From assembly GCF_009914755.1 (NCBI RefSeq), contig NC_060933.1: 64,000 nt of DNA. One strand, written 5' to 3'. A model generated the notes under the pieces. The model did no database searches, was not told the DNA's origin, and was given only the letters and a program-made list of their open reading frames with translations. Positions 40,697-56,479 of the stretch are shown here, piece after piece. Numbering within the stretch: position 1 is the first letter of the stretch; each line of letters opens with the position of its first letter. Position numbers and translations under genes: made by a program. The stretch comes from the human T2T-CHM13v2.0 reference genome, Homo sapiens.

Positions 40697-41073
40697 ATAT
40701 CATACTTACTATACACAGGACACTGCTCTAAGAGCTTTACAAATATTAACAAGTTCAACTCTAAAATATTTAATGCTATTCTTACCCCCAATTTGAATAT
40801 GACAGAATTGAAGCCTAGAGACATGAAGTAATTTGCTCAAAGTCACAAAGCTAATAATTAGCAGGCAATGGAACTCCAACACCTGTGTTCTTAACCATTA
40901 AACTATGCTCCCTCACACTTACCTTGATATGTCTACAGCATCAACAATTGTACATATTCTCCAAAGTTTATGGCTTTTTTCAAAGAATATTGTCATGTGG
41001 TACATCTTCCCTCTTTCTCAGAAACTCTGGATTTAACTAAAATATAGTGAATTATTATTACTACTTATGTTGT

Positions 41074-41474
41074 TGATATGCTTTGGATTTGTGTCCCCAC
41101 TCAAATTTCATGTTGAATTGTAATCCCTAGTGCTGAAGGCGGAGCCTAGTGGAAAGCGATTGGATCATGGGGGTGGTTTCTAATAGTTTAGCACCATCCC
41201 CCTAGCGCCGTCTCGTGACAGAGTTCTCACGAGACTTCATTGTTTGAAAGTCTGTAGCCCCTCCCTCGTCAGGCTCTCTCTCTCTCCTGCCAGCCCTGTG
41301 AAGATGTGTCTGCTTCCCCTTTGTCTTCTGCCCCGATTGTAAGTGTCCTGAGGCCTCCCCAAAAGCAGAAGCCTGTATAGCCCACAGAACCATGAGAACA
41401 ATTCAACCTCTTTTCCTTATAAATTACCCAGTCTCAAGTAGTTCTTTTTATCTGTGCAAGAATGGACTAATACA
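41074..41474 (+). mobile_element. MST solo LTR (MaLR)
   Basis: tgatatgctttggatttgtgtcccc...aatggactaataca, near-TSD gttg(t/c). Confidence 0.88.
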
Positions 41475-42289
41475 GTTGCATTTTTATTTAATAATAAAAA
41501 TATTTAATAATAAAAACAATTTAAACTAAACTTTATCGAGAGGATACTATAGGCCCAATAGTCCAATATTTAAGAATATATTACTATATTCTTATATATA
41601 GAATACCTTGTAATTATCACAATAACCCCATACAATTATTATTATCACTCTATTTTAGGACCAGGATTGAGCCTAGCCCAGGCTATATGCCATGTATATA
41701 TGGTAGCCAATGTGCTATAATGCCTCACATAAGACAAACATCAAGCAGGCAGACTGTTTCTGTGCTAAGAATTCCTCAGCATATGAAACTGGAAGTGTGC
41801 ATGGCTGCAGACCTCAGGTGTCATCTTTGTCTGATGTTCTAGAATCCCACTGAAGACACACACTCCATTCTCTATTCATTATTCCCTCTTCTGAGGGCAC
41901 AGATCCTTTCTTAGATGTTTGCCTCAATATCTGCTACAGGCGCCTCCTTCCCCATAGCTGTAGGACACGCTGTTCCTGAGGGCTGTTTAGGGATAGTTTT
42001 AATTTTTATTTCTTTTTGTTTTGACCACTCATCCTCAAACTCTATAGGTATATTTTCTAATCCATAGGTCTGCATCAAAATACTTTTCCCAATTTCAAAG
42101 GAAATAATGGAGGAGATCTTAATTCATTTGGAGCCTATTTTTTCTCTTTCCTTATTTTCTTCCTCTTTTTTCTTCACTGGATAACTTTTTACTTAAATAT
42201 TCAACTAGCTTTACCCAAATTGTTTTCCAAATTTAACTTTGTGAAAATAGTTCTCAAAAACATCTTACTTCTGTTTAGCTTTATTGTAG

Positions 42290-42535
42290 GAAGGCAGTAT
42301 AATCTTGTGGCTAGTGTCTAGAATCTAGTCACAAATTTTAGGTTCACCATTGACCTGGGACACACTAATTAGCCTCTAATAAAGCCTCGCTTCTCTTATG
42401 TATAAAATGGAGAGAATGGGTAACTATAACACTGTCTTCATTGGGTTGTGGTTAAGATTGTTTAAAAGATTATCCAGTGAAAGAGCTTAGCATGTTGCCT
42501 GGCCTATGATGAGTGTTCAGTAATAATTAGCTGCT
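42290..42535 (+). mobile_element. MIR
   Basis: MIR core (tataaaatggaga...gggttgtggttaagatt...gcttagcatgttgcctggc). Confidence 0.65.
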
Positions 42536-44370
42536 GTTACTTCTGCTGTAGCTATTTCACACTACATTATACTTAGTCATGGCCTCTAGGTGCACATTGA
42601 AATCACTTGGGAAGGCTTACCAACCACTGATGCTTGCGTCTAACTACCAGGGATTCTGATTTAGTTGCTTTGAGACAGATTACAAAAAACTTTAAGTTCC
42701 ACAGAGTCTCAGCATAATACTTTGTACATAGTAGGTGAATTATAAATAGTCAGTGAATAAAGTGATATGTATATTTGCAAATTCACACAGTGGAGCTCAA
42801 ACACTCAGCAATCTTTAGCTAAAGTTTGGAAGGTATTTATTTATTTATTTACTTATTTATTCACTTCTTACAAGTAGCCAGATTTCAGAGGGATAGAGAA
42901 AGAGCAGCAAGGGGAGGAGGGGAATCTATCTCATCAGCAAAACACACAAAATCAATCAGTCAATCAGTCAATCAATTAATCGGGTGATATATCCTTTACC
43001 AGGACCACATTCACAGTTACATGGATGAGGATCCCAAAATATTCTAAAATGTTATTCTTGGACACGCTGTTACTTATAGTAGTCCTGGATTGATGAGCTA
43101 ATTATGTGGGATTCTACGGTTAGAAAACCTGGTTTCTCATTCAGGTACCACCATTTGCCTGTAAGTTCTTGAATAAGTCTCTAATCTTCCTTCAGGTTCA
43201 GATTCTTCATTTGTAAAAGAGGATTAAGGTCTACTTTACATGGTTCCCGAAATGATTCACTGAGATATTCAGTATTAACCATTTTGTACACTGATAAAAG
43301 TTATACATATTGAACGTTTTTTCAATATATTTTCTTTCCTCTGTCTGACATTCTAGTCTTATATTCCACCAGTCCCTCCTCTTTTTCCTTATCCCTCATT
43401 TAAAGCACTATGAAGAATTTTTTCCCTATTGATGTGGATGCTTCTCCACCTCCTCAGCCCCCGAAGGTCAGGGACTGGCTTTATTTAGTTCTGTATTCCC
43501 AGAACCCAGCTCATTATCCAGTACATAAAAGGTGTTAATAAATGTCTGACAAAAGAACAAATGGAAATCAAGAAACCATAATTATACGCAAATACATTTC
43601 TACCAAAGCCTTTTCAGTGGAAGAAAATTGTTAGGTTACACAAAGCCATGTGGAGAGAAACAACTCCAACCCTCAATTTAACTTTGATGTTTAACATTGA
43701 CTATTGTTTTGAGGGGAAGATTTTAGAAGCTGTCATATCAGACTCACAATTCACTCAAGTCTCATTTATGAGGTGTGATAAAACTCAGAATTTAAGACCT
43801 TGGCTAATTAACTAAGTGTGCTTTCCATTTCAATCCCTGTTACCATCAAATATTTGAATTAGCATTTAATGTTTATTTTGAGTTATCACTGCTATTCCTG
43901 GACTTTTGAAACTCAGTTAGAAATGTTTTTCATTTCCTTCCAGCCTAACCAAAAGAGAAGCATTTACCCTCATCACAGGAGAGGCATTTCAGGTCAAACA
44001 TTCCTTAAACAGAATTAGTGTTAATATAGATTCATTCCTATCTTAACTTACATCATTAAGTAAACACTTAGCATTCACTACCTCTTACTTTCCACCACTA
44101 AATGCCATAGTGAAGCCAAATCATTGCATGAGTCTTTTTTATATGCAAAATAAGTGGGATTTCCCTCCCCTGTTTTATTCCCCACTCTTTGATGTCCTCT
44201 ACTATCCAAGTTACCTCTGTAATAATGAAGGATCAAAATATTACCCTAGAACTCTAGAGACCTTTGCTTTGTTTTTCAGCTACATCCTAGATCAGTTGCT
44301 GAACTTTAATGTGCCTGCAAACTATCTGGAAATCTTAAAATTCATAGGTGTGTGGTGGGGTCTGAGATAA

Positions 44371-44663
<293 letters not shown>

Positions 44664-44703
44664 TGAGATAATGCATTTCTAACATGCACCTAGGCAATAT
44701 TAA

Positions 44704-45119
<416 letters not shown>

Positions 45120-46945
45120 CCTTGCTTTTTTATGCTATGCTTATGGCCATTCACTTATTCCCTAGACTTGCAATAATGTTCCTTGGATAGAGACTTTGGG
45201 TTGTCCAGTTGACTACAGTTTAGATTCTGTTTGCCCCAGCTCCATAGTTTGCCCTGGGAGCTCCTACCTCTCAGCCTAATAAAGACTCATCTCTGAGAAA
45301 AGTACCACAAACAGGAAGGAGATATTTAGTAGGAGTGAATGCTGAGACAAATTAATTAGTCTGAGTCTGAAATTCTTCATGTGTTTGAGGGAAGTGCGCA
45401 TCAAGTTTGAAGAAAGATGTGTATGTAACTTGTACAAACCATCTCTTAATTCTTGAAAAAATGTGCTTTATGTTTTCAAATTTACTAATTATATTATTCA
45501 AATTTTCTGTGTCTCTCATTTCAATTGTATTTCAAACAAAGATGTGCATTTTGCTTTCAAATGTGTTTATATTATTTAAAATTTGTATGTCTATCACTTT
45601 AATTTTTAATCATTTAAAAAAGTTTGTTTATTTTATATATTTTATAGCTTGCTATTTAAAACTGAAGAAAATGAGTCACTTGATACTGTATTTTTTCTTT
45701 TATAAATAAAATGGGTAGTTGAATTATGATATTCTGATGATACACTGTATGAAGGGGAAATCTTCCTAAAAGGCTAAGATATTATGACAGTCAGTTATCT
45801 TTAGAACAGGCAGCTCCTAAGATAAGGGACCTGGAAGAAAACAGGAAGTGATTAACAATTAAGGCAGAATTTAGGTAAGAGGCATAACTGCTATTAGATA
45901 CCTCTTTAAGTTTTGTTCTCTTTAATTTGGACTTCTAATATAAATACGCTTTAATGTCTTTTTCTTCTACATTCTAACTATTTATGTGTTACTTGTGATA
46001 TTCTCGTTTATTATTACTAAAGTTGCACTTCTAATAAATCCTTGTTTAAAAACTAGCTTGGTTTCAGATGCACCAGGGGGTATTAAAAATGAGGAAATGG
46101 TAAATTAATGGAGGCTTGGGTCCTGGTTGAGGGGAAAAAAGAATTGGGGACCTCAAGGTCAGAGGCTCTAGCTGTGACACCAGACTTCAACAGCAGCTGC
46201 AAGAACAAGCAACTTCAAGGCATAACATGTTGCCCAGAGACTTGATGGGTAACGGACACATATAAGGAAGCTAATGAAGGTTCACAAGACAGCCATTACC
46301 CATCAACCTAACACCCCAAATGGTATGTATGCTACCCAAGAACTTATGTCTCTGCATCCACTACCACATAAATACAGAAAAAGACAGAGGGAAAAAGTAG
46401 AAATTGATTCAACTTGTGGTCAAGACGAAGTGTCTGAAATAGGCTTGATTTAACTAGAAACAGACTATTTCAAGCTGGAATAGACAGAAGCTACAGTAAG
46501 CAATTTAAGTTTCTGTCCTATGACCATGCAAGAATAGAAGGCTCAAGATTTGGGTAAGAGCTATTACAGAAATAAAGTTTTCAGGATTCAAATGTGGATA
46601 TACTGCTCTTACCCTTCACCCTCTTTCAAAGTCAGTGTTTCGCAACTTTAGCTGTATATTTAAATTACCTGGGAAGTTTTAACAAATACTGATGCCTGGT
46701 CTAACCCCAAAGATTATTGATTTGGGGTAGTACTGGTCACATAGATTATTAAAGTTTTCATTGGGAGATTTTTCATGTGAAACCGATAATGAAAAGCACT
46801 TTACTAGATTGTTTCCTCCTATGAATAAACACCAGTTTTGATATTTCTGCTCCAGAGGTCTTACCTAAGATAAAGATTCATTCATTCAACTGCTGGAATC
46901 CAGGGGACAGTATGGTAAAATAGTTTATATTGGACTGTCTCCTGC

Positions 46946-49205
46946 TGATATGGTTTGGCTGTGTCCCCACCCAAATCTCATCTTGAAATCCCACATGTTG
47001 TGGGAGGTAATTGAATCTTGAGGCAAGTCTTTCCCATGCTGTTCTCCTGATAATGAATAAGTCTCACAAGATTTGATGGTTTTAAAAAGAGGAGTTCCCC
47101 TGCACAAGCTTTCTTTTCCTGCTGCCATCCGTGTAAGCCATGACTTGTTCCTCCTTGCCTTCCACCATGATTGTGAGGCTTCCCCAGCCATGTGGAACTG
47201 TAAGTCCAATTAAATCTCTTTCTTTTGTGAATTGCCTTTATCAGCAGGTTATGTCTTTATCAGCAGGGTGAAAACTGATTAATACAGTAAACTGGTATCA
47301 GTAGAGTGGGTCGCTGCTGAAAAGATACCCAAAAATGTGAAAGCCACTGGATCTAGAACAGTTTGGAGGGCTCAGAAGAAGACAGGACAATGTGGGAAAG
47401 TTTGGAACTCCCTAGAGACTTGCTGAATGGCTTTGACCAAAATGCTGATAGTGATATGGACAATAAAGTTGAGGCTGAGGCGGTCTCAGATGGAAATGAG
47501 GAACTTGTTGGGAACGGGAGCAAAGCAAAGGTGACCTTGTTATGTTTTAGCAAAGAGACTGGTGGCATTTTGCCCCTGCCCTAGAGATCTGTGGAACTTT
47601 GAACTTGAGAGAGACGATTTAAGGTATCTGGCAGAAGAAATTTCTAAGTAGCAAAGCATTCAAGAGTGACTTGGGTGCTGCTAAAGGCATTCAGTTTTAA
47701 AAGGGAGGCAGTGCATAAAAGTTTGGAAAATTTGCAGCCTGACAATGTGACAGAAAAGAAAACATCACTTTCTGCAGAGGAATCCAAGCCAGCTGCAGAA
47801 ATTTGCATAAGTAATGAGGAGCCAAATGTTAATCCCCAGGACAATGGGGAAAATGTCTCCCAGGCATGTCAGAGGTCTTCATGGCAGCCTCTCCCATCAA
47901 AATCCCAGAGCTCTAGGAGGAAAAAGTGGTTCTGTGGGCTGGACCCAGGGTCACCTTGCATCCTAGCTTGGTGCCTTGCATCCCAGCCATTCTAGCCATG
48001 GCTGAAAGGGGCCAATATAGAGCTCGAACCATGGATTCTGAAGGTGCAAGCCTCAAGCCTTGGCAGCTTCCACGTGATGTTGAGCCTGCGAGTGCACAGA
48101 AGTCAAGAATTGACATTTGGGAACCTCCTCCTAGATTTCAGAAGATGTATGGAAATGCCTGGATGCCCAGGCAGAAGTTTACTGTAGGGGTGGGGTCCTC
48201 ATGGAGAACCTCTGCTATGACAGTGCAGTAGGAAAACGTGGGTTGGAGCCCCCACACAGAGTCCCTGCTGAAACACTGCTAGTGGCACTGTGAGAAGAGG
48301 GCCACTGTCTTCCAGACCCCAGAATGGTAGATCCACTGACAGCCTGCACCATGCGCCTGGAAAAGCTGCAGATACTCAATGCCAGCTCGTGAAAGCAGCT
48401 GGGAGGGAGGCTATACCCTGCAAAGTCACAGGCGTGGAGCTTCCCAAGACCATGAGAACCCACCTTTTGCATCAGCATGACCTGGATATGAGATATGGAG
48501 TTAAAGAAGATCATTTTTGTGCTTTAAAATTTGAATGCCCTGCTGAATTTCGGACTTGCATGGGGCCTGTAGGCCCTTTGTTTTGGCCAATTTCTCCCAT
48601 TTGGAATGGCTGTATTTACCCATTGCCTGTACCCCCACTGTATCTATGAAGTAACTAACCTGTTTTTGAGTTTACAGGCTCATATGTGGAAGGGACCTGC
48701 CTTGTCTCAGATGAGACTTTAGACTGTGGACTTTGGAATTAATGTGAAAATGATTTAAGACTTTGGAGGACTGTTGGGAAGGCATGAATGGTTTTGAAAT
48801 ATGAGGATGTGAGATTTGGGAGGGGCCAGGGGCAGAATGATATGGTTCGGCTGTGTCCCTTCCCAAATCACCTCTTGAAATCCCATGTGTTTTGGGAGGG
48901 ACCCTGTGGGAGGTAACTGAATCATGGCGGCCAGTCTTTCTCACGCTGTTCTCCTGATAGTGATAAGTCTCAAGAGATCTGATGGTTTTAAAAAGAGCAG
49001 TTTCCCTGCACACACTCTGTCTCTCTCTTTTCCTGCTGCCATCCACGTAAGACATAACTTGCTCTGCCTTACCTTCTGCCATGATTATGAGGCTTCCCCA
49101 CCCATGTGGAATTGTAAGTCCAATTAAACCTATTTTTTTTTTTTTTTGGTAAATTGCCCAGTCTCGGGTATGTCTTTATCAGCAATATGAAAACGGACTA
49201 ATACA
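46946..49205 (+). mobile_element. Complete THE1 MaLR provirus (LTR 46946-47286, internal 47287-48837, LTR 48838-49205)
   Basis: Two THE1 LTRs flanking THE1-int, polypurine tract gggaggggccaggggcagaa, 5-bp TSD CCTGC. Confidence 0.95.
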
Positions 49206-49749
49206 CCTGCCAATAACAATCATAAACTCTGAGAAACGATATATATCTATGTCTACATCTGTATCAACTAAAAGTAGGCAGAAACTGGAGCTGACATGAT
49301 ACTTTAAAGAATGGAAGCACACTGGATGAAGTGCATGTGTAACTGGCTTTTCCTGCGATAGCACTCTGTTTGTTCAGTGCACAGAAGACAAGTTCAAGGA
49401 GAAAGCAGAAGCCTGAGGGCAGAGTTCAGGGGGGCTAGAACTTGGTGAAAAGAGGTAAGTGCATGGAATGATGAAACCACAGAGGGGACAGCCTGCAAAT
49501 CTGAAGATGAACTTGCCCAAAATTTGGCTGCACATATATAAAGTGAGACTCCAGTGAATTCAGCAAGTTGGAAGGCTAAAATGCTAAGCAAGAATTCCAG
49601 TAGCTGCCTGGTGTGGGGGAGACACAATTTAGAGTTCAAGTTGTGCTTGATTAGAATATTTAAATCTCAGGCTTATCACTCATACCCCAGAAAGGCCACA
49701 TCTGATAGTAGTAAAGATCATTCCTAAGACTAAAGTCTATACCTTAAGA

Positions 49750-50465
49750 CTGACAGAAAAAATTAAATTAGAGCCACTCTAATAAAACCAAAAACAAACT
49801 TTCCACAGGATCAGTTTGGTCCACAACCAATTTAACTACCTACTATCACAAAATTAACAGTTTTTCAGAGGAAGTTTACCAAATCCAGAGTCTCTACAAA
49901 ATATTGTCCAATGTACAATCAAAATTGCTGGACATATGAAGAAGTAGAAAGTTGTGACCCATATTCAAAAGAAAAATCAGTCAGTAAACCAGACACATAG
50001 ATATACAAGATATTGGAACTAGCAAACAAGAAGTTAAAAAGAGTGGTATAGCTATATTAAGAAGTTAATAGATAAAAGGTGAATATAATGAATAAAGACA
50101 TAGGAAATTTTATAAAACATATAGAAACTAAAAAAATGAATCAAATGGATATCCTGGAACTGAAAAATACAATACCGGAAATCAAAATTGGAAGTGCTTT
50201 CAGAATAAAAGTGTCAGTGAAATGGAAGACAGGTGAATAGAAGTTTCCAAACTTATACAAAGATTTTAAAATATGGAAAAAAAAAAAAAGAACAGAGGTT
50301 CAGTGGCTTGTGGTACATTCAGGTACAGTATAGGAGTTCCAGAAGAGGAGAGATATAATGAAGCAGAATAAATATTTGAAGGGATAGTGGTTGAACATTT
50401 CTCAAATGTGACGAAAAACATCAATAGATCCAAGCAACTCAGCAGACTCCCAGTAAGGTATATTC
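49750..50465 (+). mobile_element. Old L1M 5'/ORF1 fragment
   Basis: ggaactgaaaaatacaata...ggagttccagaagaggagag...gatccaagcaactcagcagactcccag. Confidence 0.7.
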
Positions 50466-50544
50466 AGTAGCCAACTAATCACTTTAGTTTGGGTTTGTCA
50501 TGGACCTTATGACTAGCAAGTTTAACCATTATCTTTTCATATTG

Positions 50545-50856
50545 TTTCTTTCTTTCTTTTTTTTTTTTTTTGAGGCAGAGTCTGCCCTGTCTCAGAGTAC
50601 TGCTGGAGTGCAGTGGCGTGATCTCCCCTCACTGCAAGCTCCGCCTCCCGCGTTCACGCCATTCTCCTGCCTCAGCCTCCCCAGTAAGCTGGGACTACAG
50701 GCACAAGCCACCATGCCCGGCTAATTTTTTTGTATTTTTAGTAGAGACGGGGTTTCACCATGTTAGCCAGATAGTCTCGATCTCCTGACCTCGTGATCCG
50801 CCCTCCTCGGCCTCTCAAAGTGCTGCAATTACAGGCGTGAGCCACCACACCCGGCC
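50545..50856 (-). mobile_element. AluY
   Basis: Antisense Alu with Y diagnostics (gcaagctccgcc, ttcacgccattc). Confidence 0.93.
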
Positions 50857-50977
50857 TATGTTATTTCTATGACACTTCTCACCCTTCAAAGCTGTCTCTT
50901 CATTCCTCAATGTTTCTTATTTTAGTAAATGGTACCACATTCACCCTATTATTCAAAATAAAACCCTGGAAGTCATC

Positions 50978-51500
50978 TGTCGTAGTTTTGTTTGGCTGCT
51001 GTATAAATCCTCATAAACTTAGTGTTTTTAAATAACACAAACGTATTGCCTTATGGTTCTAGAAGCCAGAACTCCAAAATGGATTTCACCAGGACACAGT
51101 CAAGGTGTCAGCAGGACAGTGCTCCCTCTCAGGCTGCAGGGGAGAGTCTATTTTCTTGCCTCTTCCACTCTGTAATAGATACAAGTGTTCTCTGGCCTGC
51201 GGCCATGTCCTCTATCCTCAAAGTCAGTGGCATAACATCTCTCTCTGACTCTGCTTCCCTCTGCTTATGGCACATGGCCTTCTTCTCTTCTGTGTCAAAT
51301 CTCCTTCTGCTTCCCTCGGATAACAACACTTGTGATTGCATTTAGGCCTCACTTGGATAATCCAGATTAATCTGCCCCATCTCAAGATCCATAATTTAAT
51401 CACATCTGCCAAGTCTCTTTTTGCCATAGAAGATAACATTCACAGGTTCCAAGTGTTAGGACCTGGATATGTTTGGGGGCCATTATTCAGGCTGTCATAC
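50978..51500 (-). mobile_element. MLT1 LTR
   Basis: ggataatccagattaatctgccccatctcaagatcc...tcacatctgccaagtc. Confidence 0.8.
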
Positions 51501-51964
51501 CATCTTGTGTTGTTCCTCTCCCATGCCAACTTTTTTTTTCATAAGCAATTCTTTTTGGTTCTACTTGCAAAATACACTTTAGAATCCATCCTCTTCATCT
51601 CCACCGCTCTCTCTCTAATCCAAGCTACCACTAATTATCACCCAGAAAAAAAGTTCCCTCTGGAGGAAACACACTGCCTCCAGATCTCCTTACTATAATC
51701 TCCTTCTCATACTTTAGAACATCAAATATCTTTACTTTTAAAGAGGGCTTAGATGATAATATCTAAAGAGCCCCAGTTTACTCTGTTTATCTCCTTCAAA
51801 GCATCGCACACATTTAAAAATCAACATCTTGATTTATTTCCTCTGTCAGTTTCAATCAAGAAAAAATATCCTTTTAAGATTTTAAACAGAAAGAATTGGT
51901 AACCCTAGTGCTGGGAAATTAGAAGAGCAAAAATGAGGAGGAATCCTGAATAAATGAGAGAGGG

Positions 51965-52299
<335 letters not shown>

Positions 52300-53426
52300 T
52301 CAATACCTACAGAAAACAGATATCTCCCCTAGGGCTGGAGAACAAAAGGGAAAAAGTGGTGTTGCCAGAGTTCAGGAGGATATTTATTTCTGGGGATGCT
52401 GCACAGCAAGCTCATGAAGCACTCACAGAGATCATCTAGAACCAGAGAGACAGGGGATGAAGAGCATTTTGCCCCATCTTTTATTCCTTAATAGAAGACT
52501 AATCTAAGTGTTCTACATTGCCAATAAAATGGTGCATTTATGTGGACCATGTCTAGTAAATGAATAAGGGGACTGTTTAAATACGGTATGGGAACAACAG
52601 TAGGTGAACATTGATTTTTTTTCAAAAGCTGTTAGTCCCCAACAGTAAATATAATTGGAAAAGCTCCCTTTAAAGGCATCAGATGTTCTCCATTTTCCAC
52701 TAACTCTCTTAATGTACCTACAAGAATTGACCCTGCTGTTCTAGATGCTGTTTTTAGCATTACATTTCCTGAAAATAGCTTTAAAAAAATGTAGAGGTTT
52801 AAGCAACATGAGCATGCTGGGGTGAATTTATCTTGTTTCCCAATAAACAAAAATTACAAATGACAAAAGAACTTTGTAAGGCTGTAGAAAGGGATCAAAA
52901 TGTATCTCTTCTCCCACCAGAAGCAATGCTCATTATAGCAGGAGCCCCGGGTATGATCTCAGTTGGCATCTTGGCCTTTAGAACAAGATGTTAAATAATT
53001 AGCGTTATTATAGCAATGGGAGCTGGATATAAGCTACATTAGCAGATCCCCTCCTGTGTAAAGAAGGCGGCTAACACAAGCAGACTACAAGAACTTGTAA
53101 GATCAAAATTTATGAAAACCTACTGTGTGCCAGGAATTTTTAAAACATATGTATTTATTTAAGTGAGAGAACATGGGACTAAGAATCAGAACACCTGCAC
53201 CTACGTTTTTACTTTGACTTTTAAAAATTATGTGATTCTGGGAAATGTATTTAACTTTTCAATTTCAGTTTTCTTAGGTGTAAAGTAGGACTAAGAATAA
53301 TCATCTCATATGGAAATCGTGAAGGCTTAAGTAAATGTGAAAAGTTTGTAAAGTTTCTATATAAATATTTCTGTTAAAAACTATAAATGGCTACTTAAAT
53401 TTTTATGTCTGCTTTTATGATTGTTA

Positions 53427-53754
<328 letters not shown>

Positions 53755-53791
53755 TAATATATTAAGTTAAAAAAAAAAAAAAAAAAAGAGC

Positions 53792-54104
<313 letters not shown>

Positions 54105-54784
54105 TTAAGATGGCATTTTGAAGGTGTTTGCTAGTATTGTTGACAAAAATGTAAATCCCTGAATACTGTTTTGCAAATAACAATTCGTCCTTGCAGATTC
54201 TACAAGGAGATAGACATGGGAAGCAAAGTCAATGAGAAATAATTATTACTTTATTATTACTTGAGTGAGTGCCTAGATCTGAGTCGGAGGTCTGCAGCTC
54301 TTTGTTTGCAGCTAGCCTAATTTCGAATCTTGGAATTTCACTACTTAATGACCAGCTACATGGTGCAGGTACCTGACACAGTGACCAGGGTTCTTGTATA
54401 GTTTTGTGGAAAAAATGAGAAGTGGCTGAGTTCCTCTCGAGAGTACCATAAAAGAGGAGTGAAAGAGAAAAAAAGTATGGCATTAATTTCTGTTATTTAT
54501 GGCACAGTGTTCCTGCTTGCCAGCCAATGTGGACAAATCTATGGTCAATAATTTGATGAATAAGATGAGCAATGTCTTCATAAGAGGTTAGGGAACAAGG
54601 ATGCACGTGGAGAGAAAGAGGCTAAAATCTCCTCCTCTGCCTTGGCAGTCAGCAGCCCTAGAGGGCCCTTTGCAGGAGCCAGGCTGTCTTTCTCTGGTTG
54701 ACCATTCACACCAACCAGATCTCTGGGTAAATTCATAGGGTATTATTCCACAGTGATGCACTACAAAGATGAAACCTAGTTTAG

Positions 54785-55914
54785 CCAGTGTGCAAATTAT
54801 CATTTTATTGTCTCTCAGCTCCAAATCCACTCTTCATTACCTGACCTGTGAAATGCAGCTGGTCTCTTCAATTATTTCTTCTTCACCATATGGGACGCTG
54901 TTAAGCTTTGCCAACAGAGTTCTGGAAAGACCATCAGTGGAGGAGGAAAGTGATCTTCCTTCTCTCTGGTTCCAGTGTGCTCCACTTCGTAGGCTCCTGC
55001 AGTGTGGGGTAGCTTCTTCCATGCCCACTTCCTGCAGTGCACACTCCTCTTCAATCCTGGATTCTGAAGCATGGGCAGCTTCCCCAGCACATGGCTGCTA
55101 CAACTTGCATGGTTTCGCCAGCATCAGCCCAGATGTCTTTTCCAGTACCTCGCTCCTGCCGTTCCTAGTGGATAACAGCACTTAAAGCCAGCAGCTTCCT
55201 CTAGCACCCTGTGGGTGGTTTTGCAGTGGAATATCTCAGGCAAGATAACCCTGTGAACAGTTTCCCCAGCAATATAGACAACAGATGGACTTCCAGCAAC
55301 TTCCTCTGGTGCAGCAGACAGACTTCTCTGCCTTCCAGTGGGTCACAGCCACTCCTTTCCAAGATCTAAATCTCAGCCACAGGAGTCAGGTGTGGTGGGT
55401 TCTTTTTTTGATGCTCTATCTAACTCCTAGAGATACTCATTATATCTGCCATTCTTACATGTTTTAGAATTCTATTTTTTTTATTAGCGACTACTTCGTT
55501 ACTCCAATCCCTAGTTATCATTGCTACTCTTTTTTTTTTTTTTTTTTTTTTTTTTTGAGACAGAGTCTTGCTCTGTCACCAAGCTGGAGCTCAGTGGCGT
55601 GATCTCAGCTCACTGCAACCTCTGCCTCCTGGGTCTCCAAGTGATTCTCCTGTCTCAGCCTCCCGAGTAGCTGGGACTACAGGTGCGCACCACCATGCCC
55701 AGCTAATTTTTTGTATTTTTAGTAGAGATGGGGTTTCACCATGTTGGCCAGGATGGTCTTGATCTCTTGACCTCATGATCCGCCCATCTTAGCCTCCCAA
55801 AGTGCTGGGATTACAGGCGTCAGCTACTGTGCCTGGCCAATACTCTTTTTCTTAAACTTCCTATATTCAAAACACTCTGTGTTTTCTGTCTCCTGATTAG
55901 ACCCTGCCTGTTAC
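54785..55914 (+). mobile_element. Old ERVL LTR (LTR33-like) interrupted by an Alu
   Basis: ttgtctctcagctccaaatccactc...ttctgtctcctgattagaccctgcctgttaca. Confidence 0.6.
55530..55838 (-). mobile_element. AluSc-like
   Basis: Antisense Alu, TSD tactcttttt. Confidence 0.92.
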
Positions 55915-55957
55915 AGGCAGGTGACTGTAGGCTTGGCACTACTCTGGGAAGAAGAGG

Positions 55958-56479
55958 TGTGACAGTTAACATTAAGTGTCAACCTGATTGGATTGAAGGA
56001 TGCAAAGTATTGTTCCTGGGTGTGTCTGTGAGGGTGTTGCCAAAGGAGATTAACATTTGAGTCAGTGGACTGGGAGAGGCAGACCCATGCTCAATCTGGG
56101 TGGGCACTATCTAATCAGATGCCAGTGCAGCTAGAATAAAGCAGGCAAGAGAAGATGGAAGAGCAGACTTGCTAGGTCTTCTGGCCTCCATCTTTCTCCC
56201 ATGCTGGATGCTTCCTGCCCTCGAACATCAAACTCCAAGTTCTTCAGCTTTTGGGCTCAGGCTTACACCAGTGGTTTGCCAGGGGCTCTCAGCCCTTTGG
56301 CCACAGACTAAAAGCTGCACTGTTGGCTTTCCTACTTTTGAGGTTTTGGGACTCGGACTTGCAGACAGCCTATCGTGGGACTTTACCTTGTGATCCTGTG
56401 AGTCAATTCTCCTTAATAAACCTCCTTTCAAATATACATTTATCCTATTAGTTCTGTCCCTCTAGAGAACTCTAATACA
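55958..56479 (+). mobile_element. MLT2A (HERV-L) solo LTR
   Basis: tgtcaacctgattggattgaaggatgcaaagtattgttcctggg...gagaactctaataca, 5-bp TSD AGAGG. Confidence 0.92.

Noticed and set aside
46925-49127. Cluster of 60-136 aa ORFs
   Set aside because: All lie in THE1 LTR or internal sequence and are broken remnants of the MaLR internal ORF
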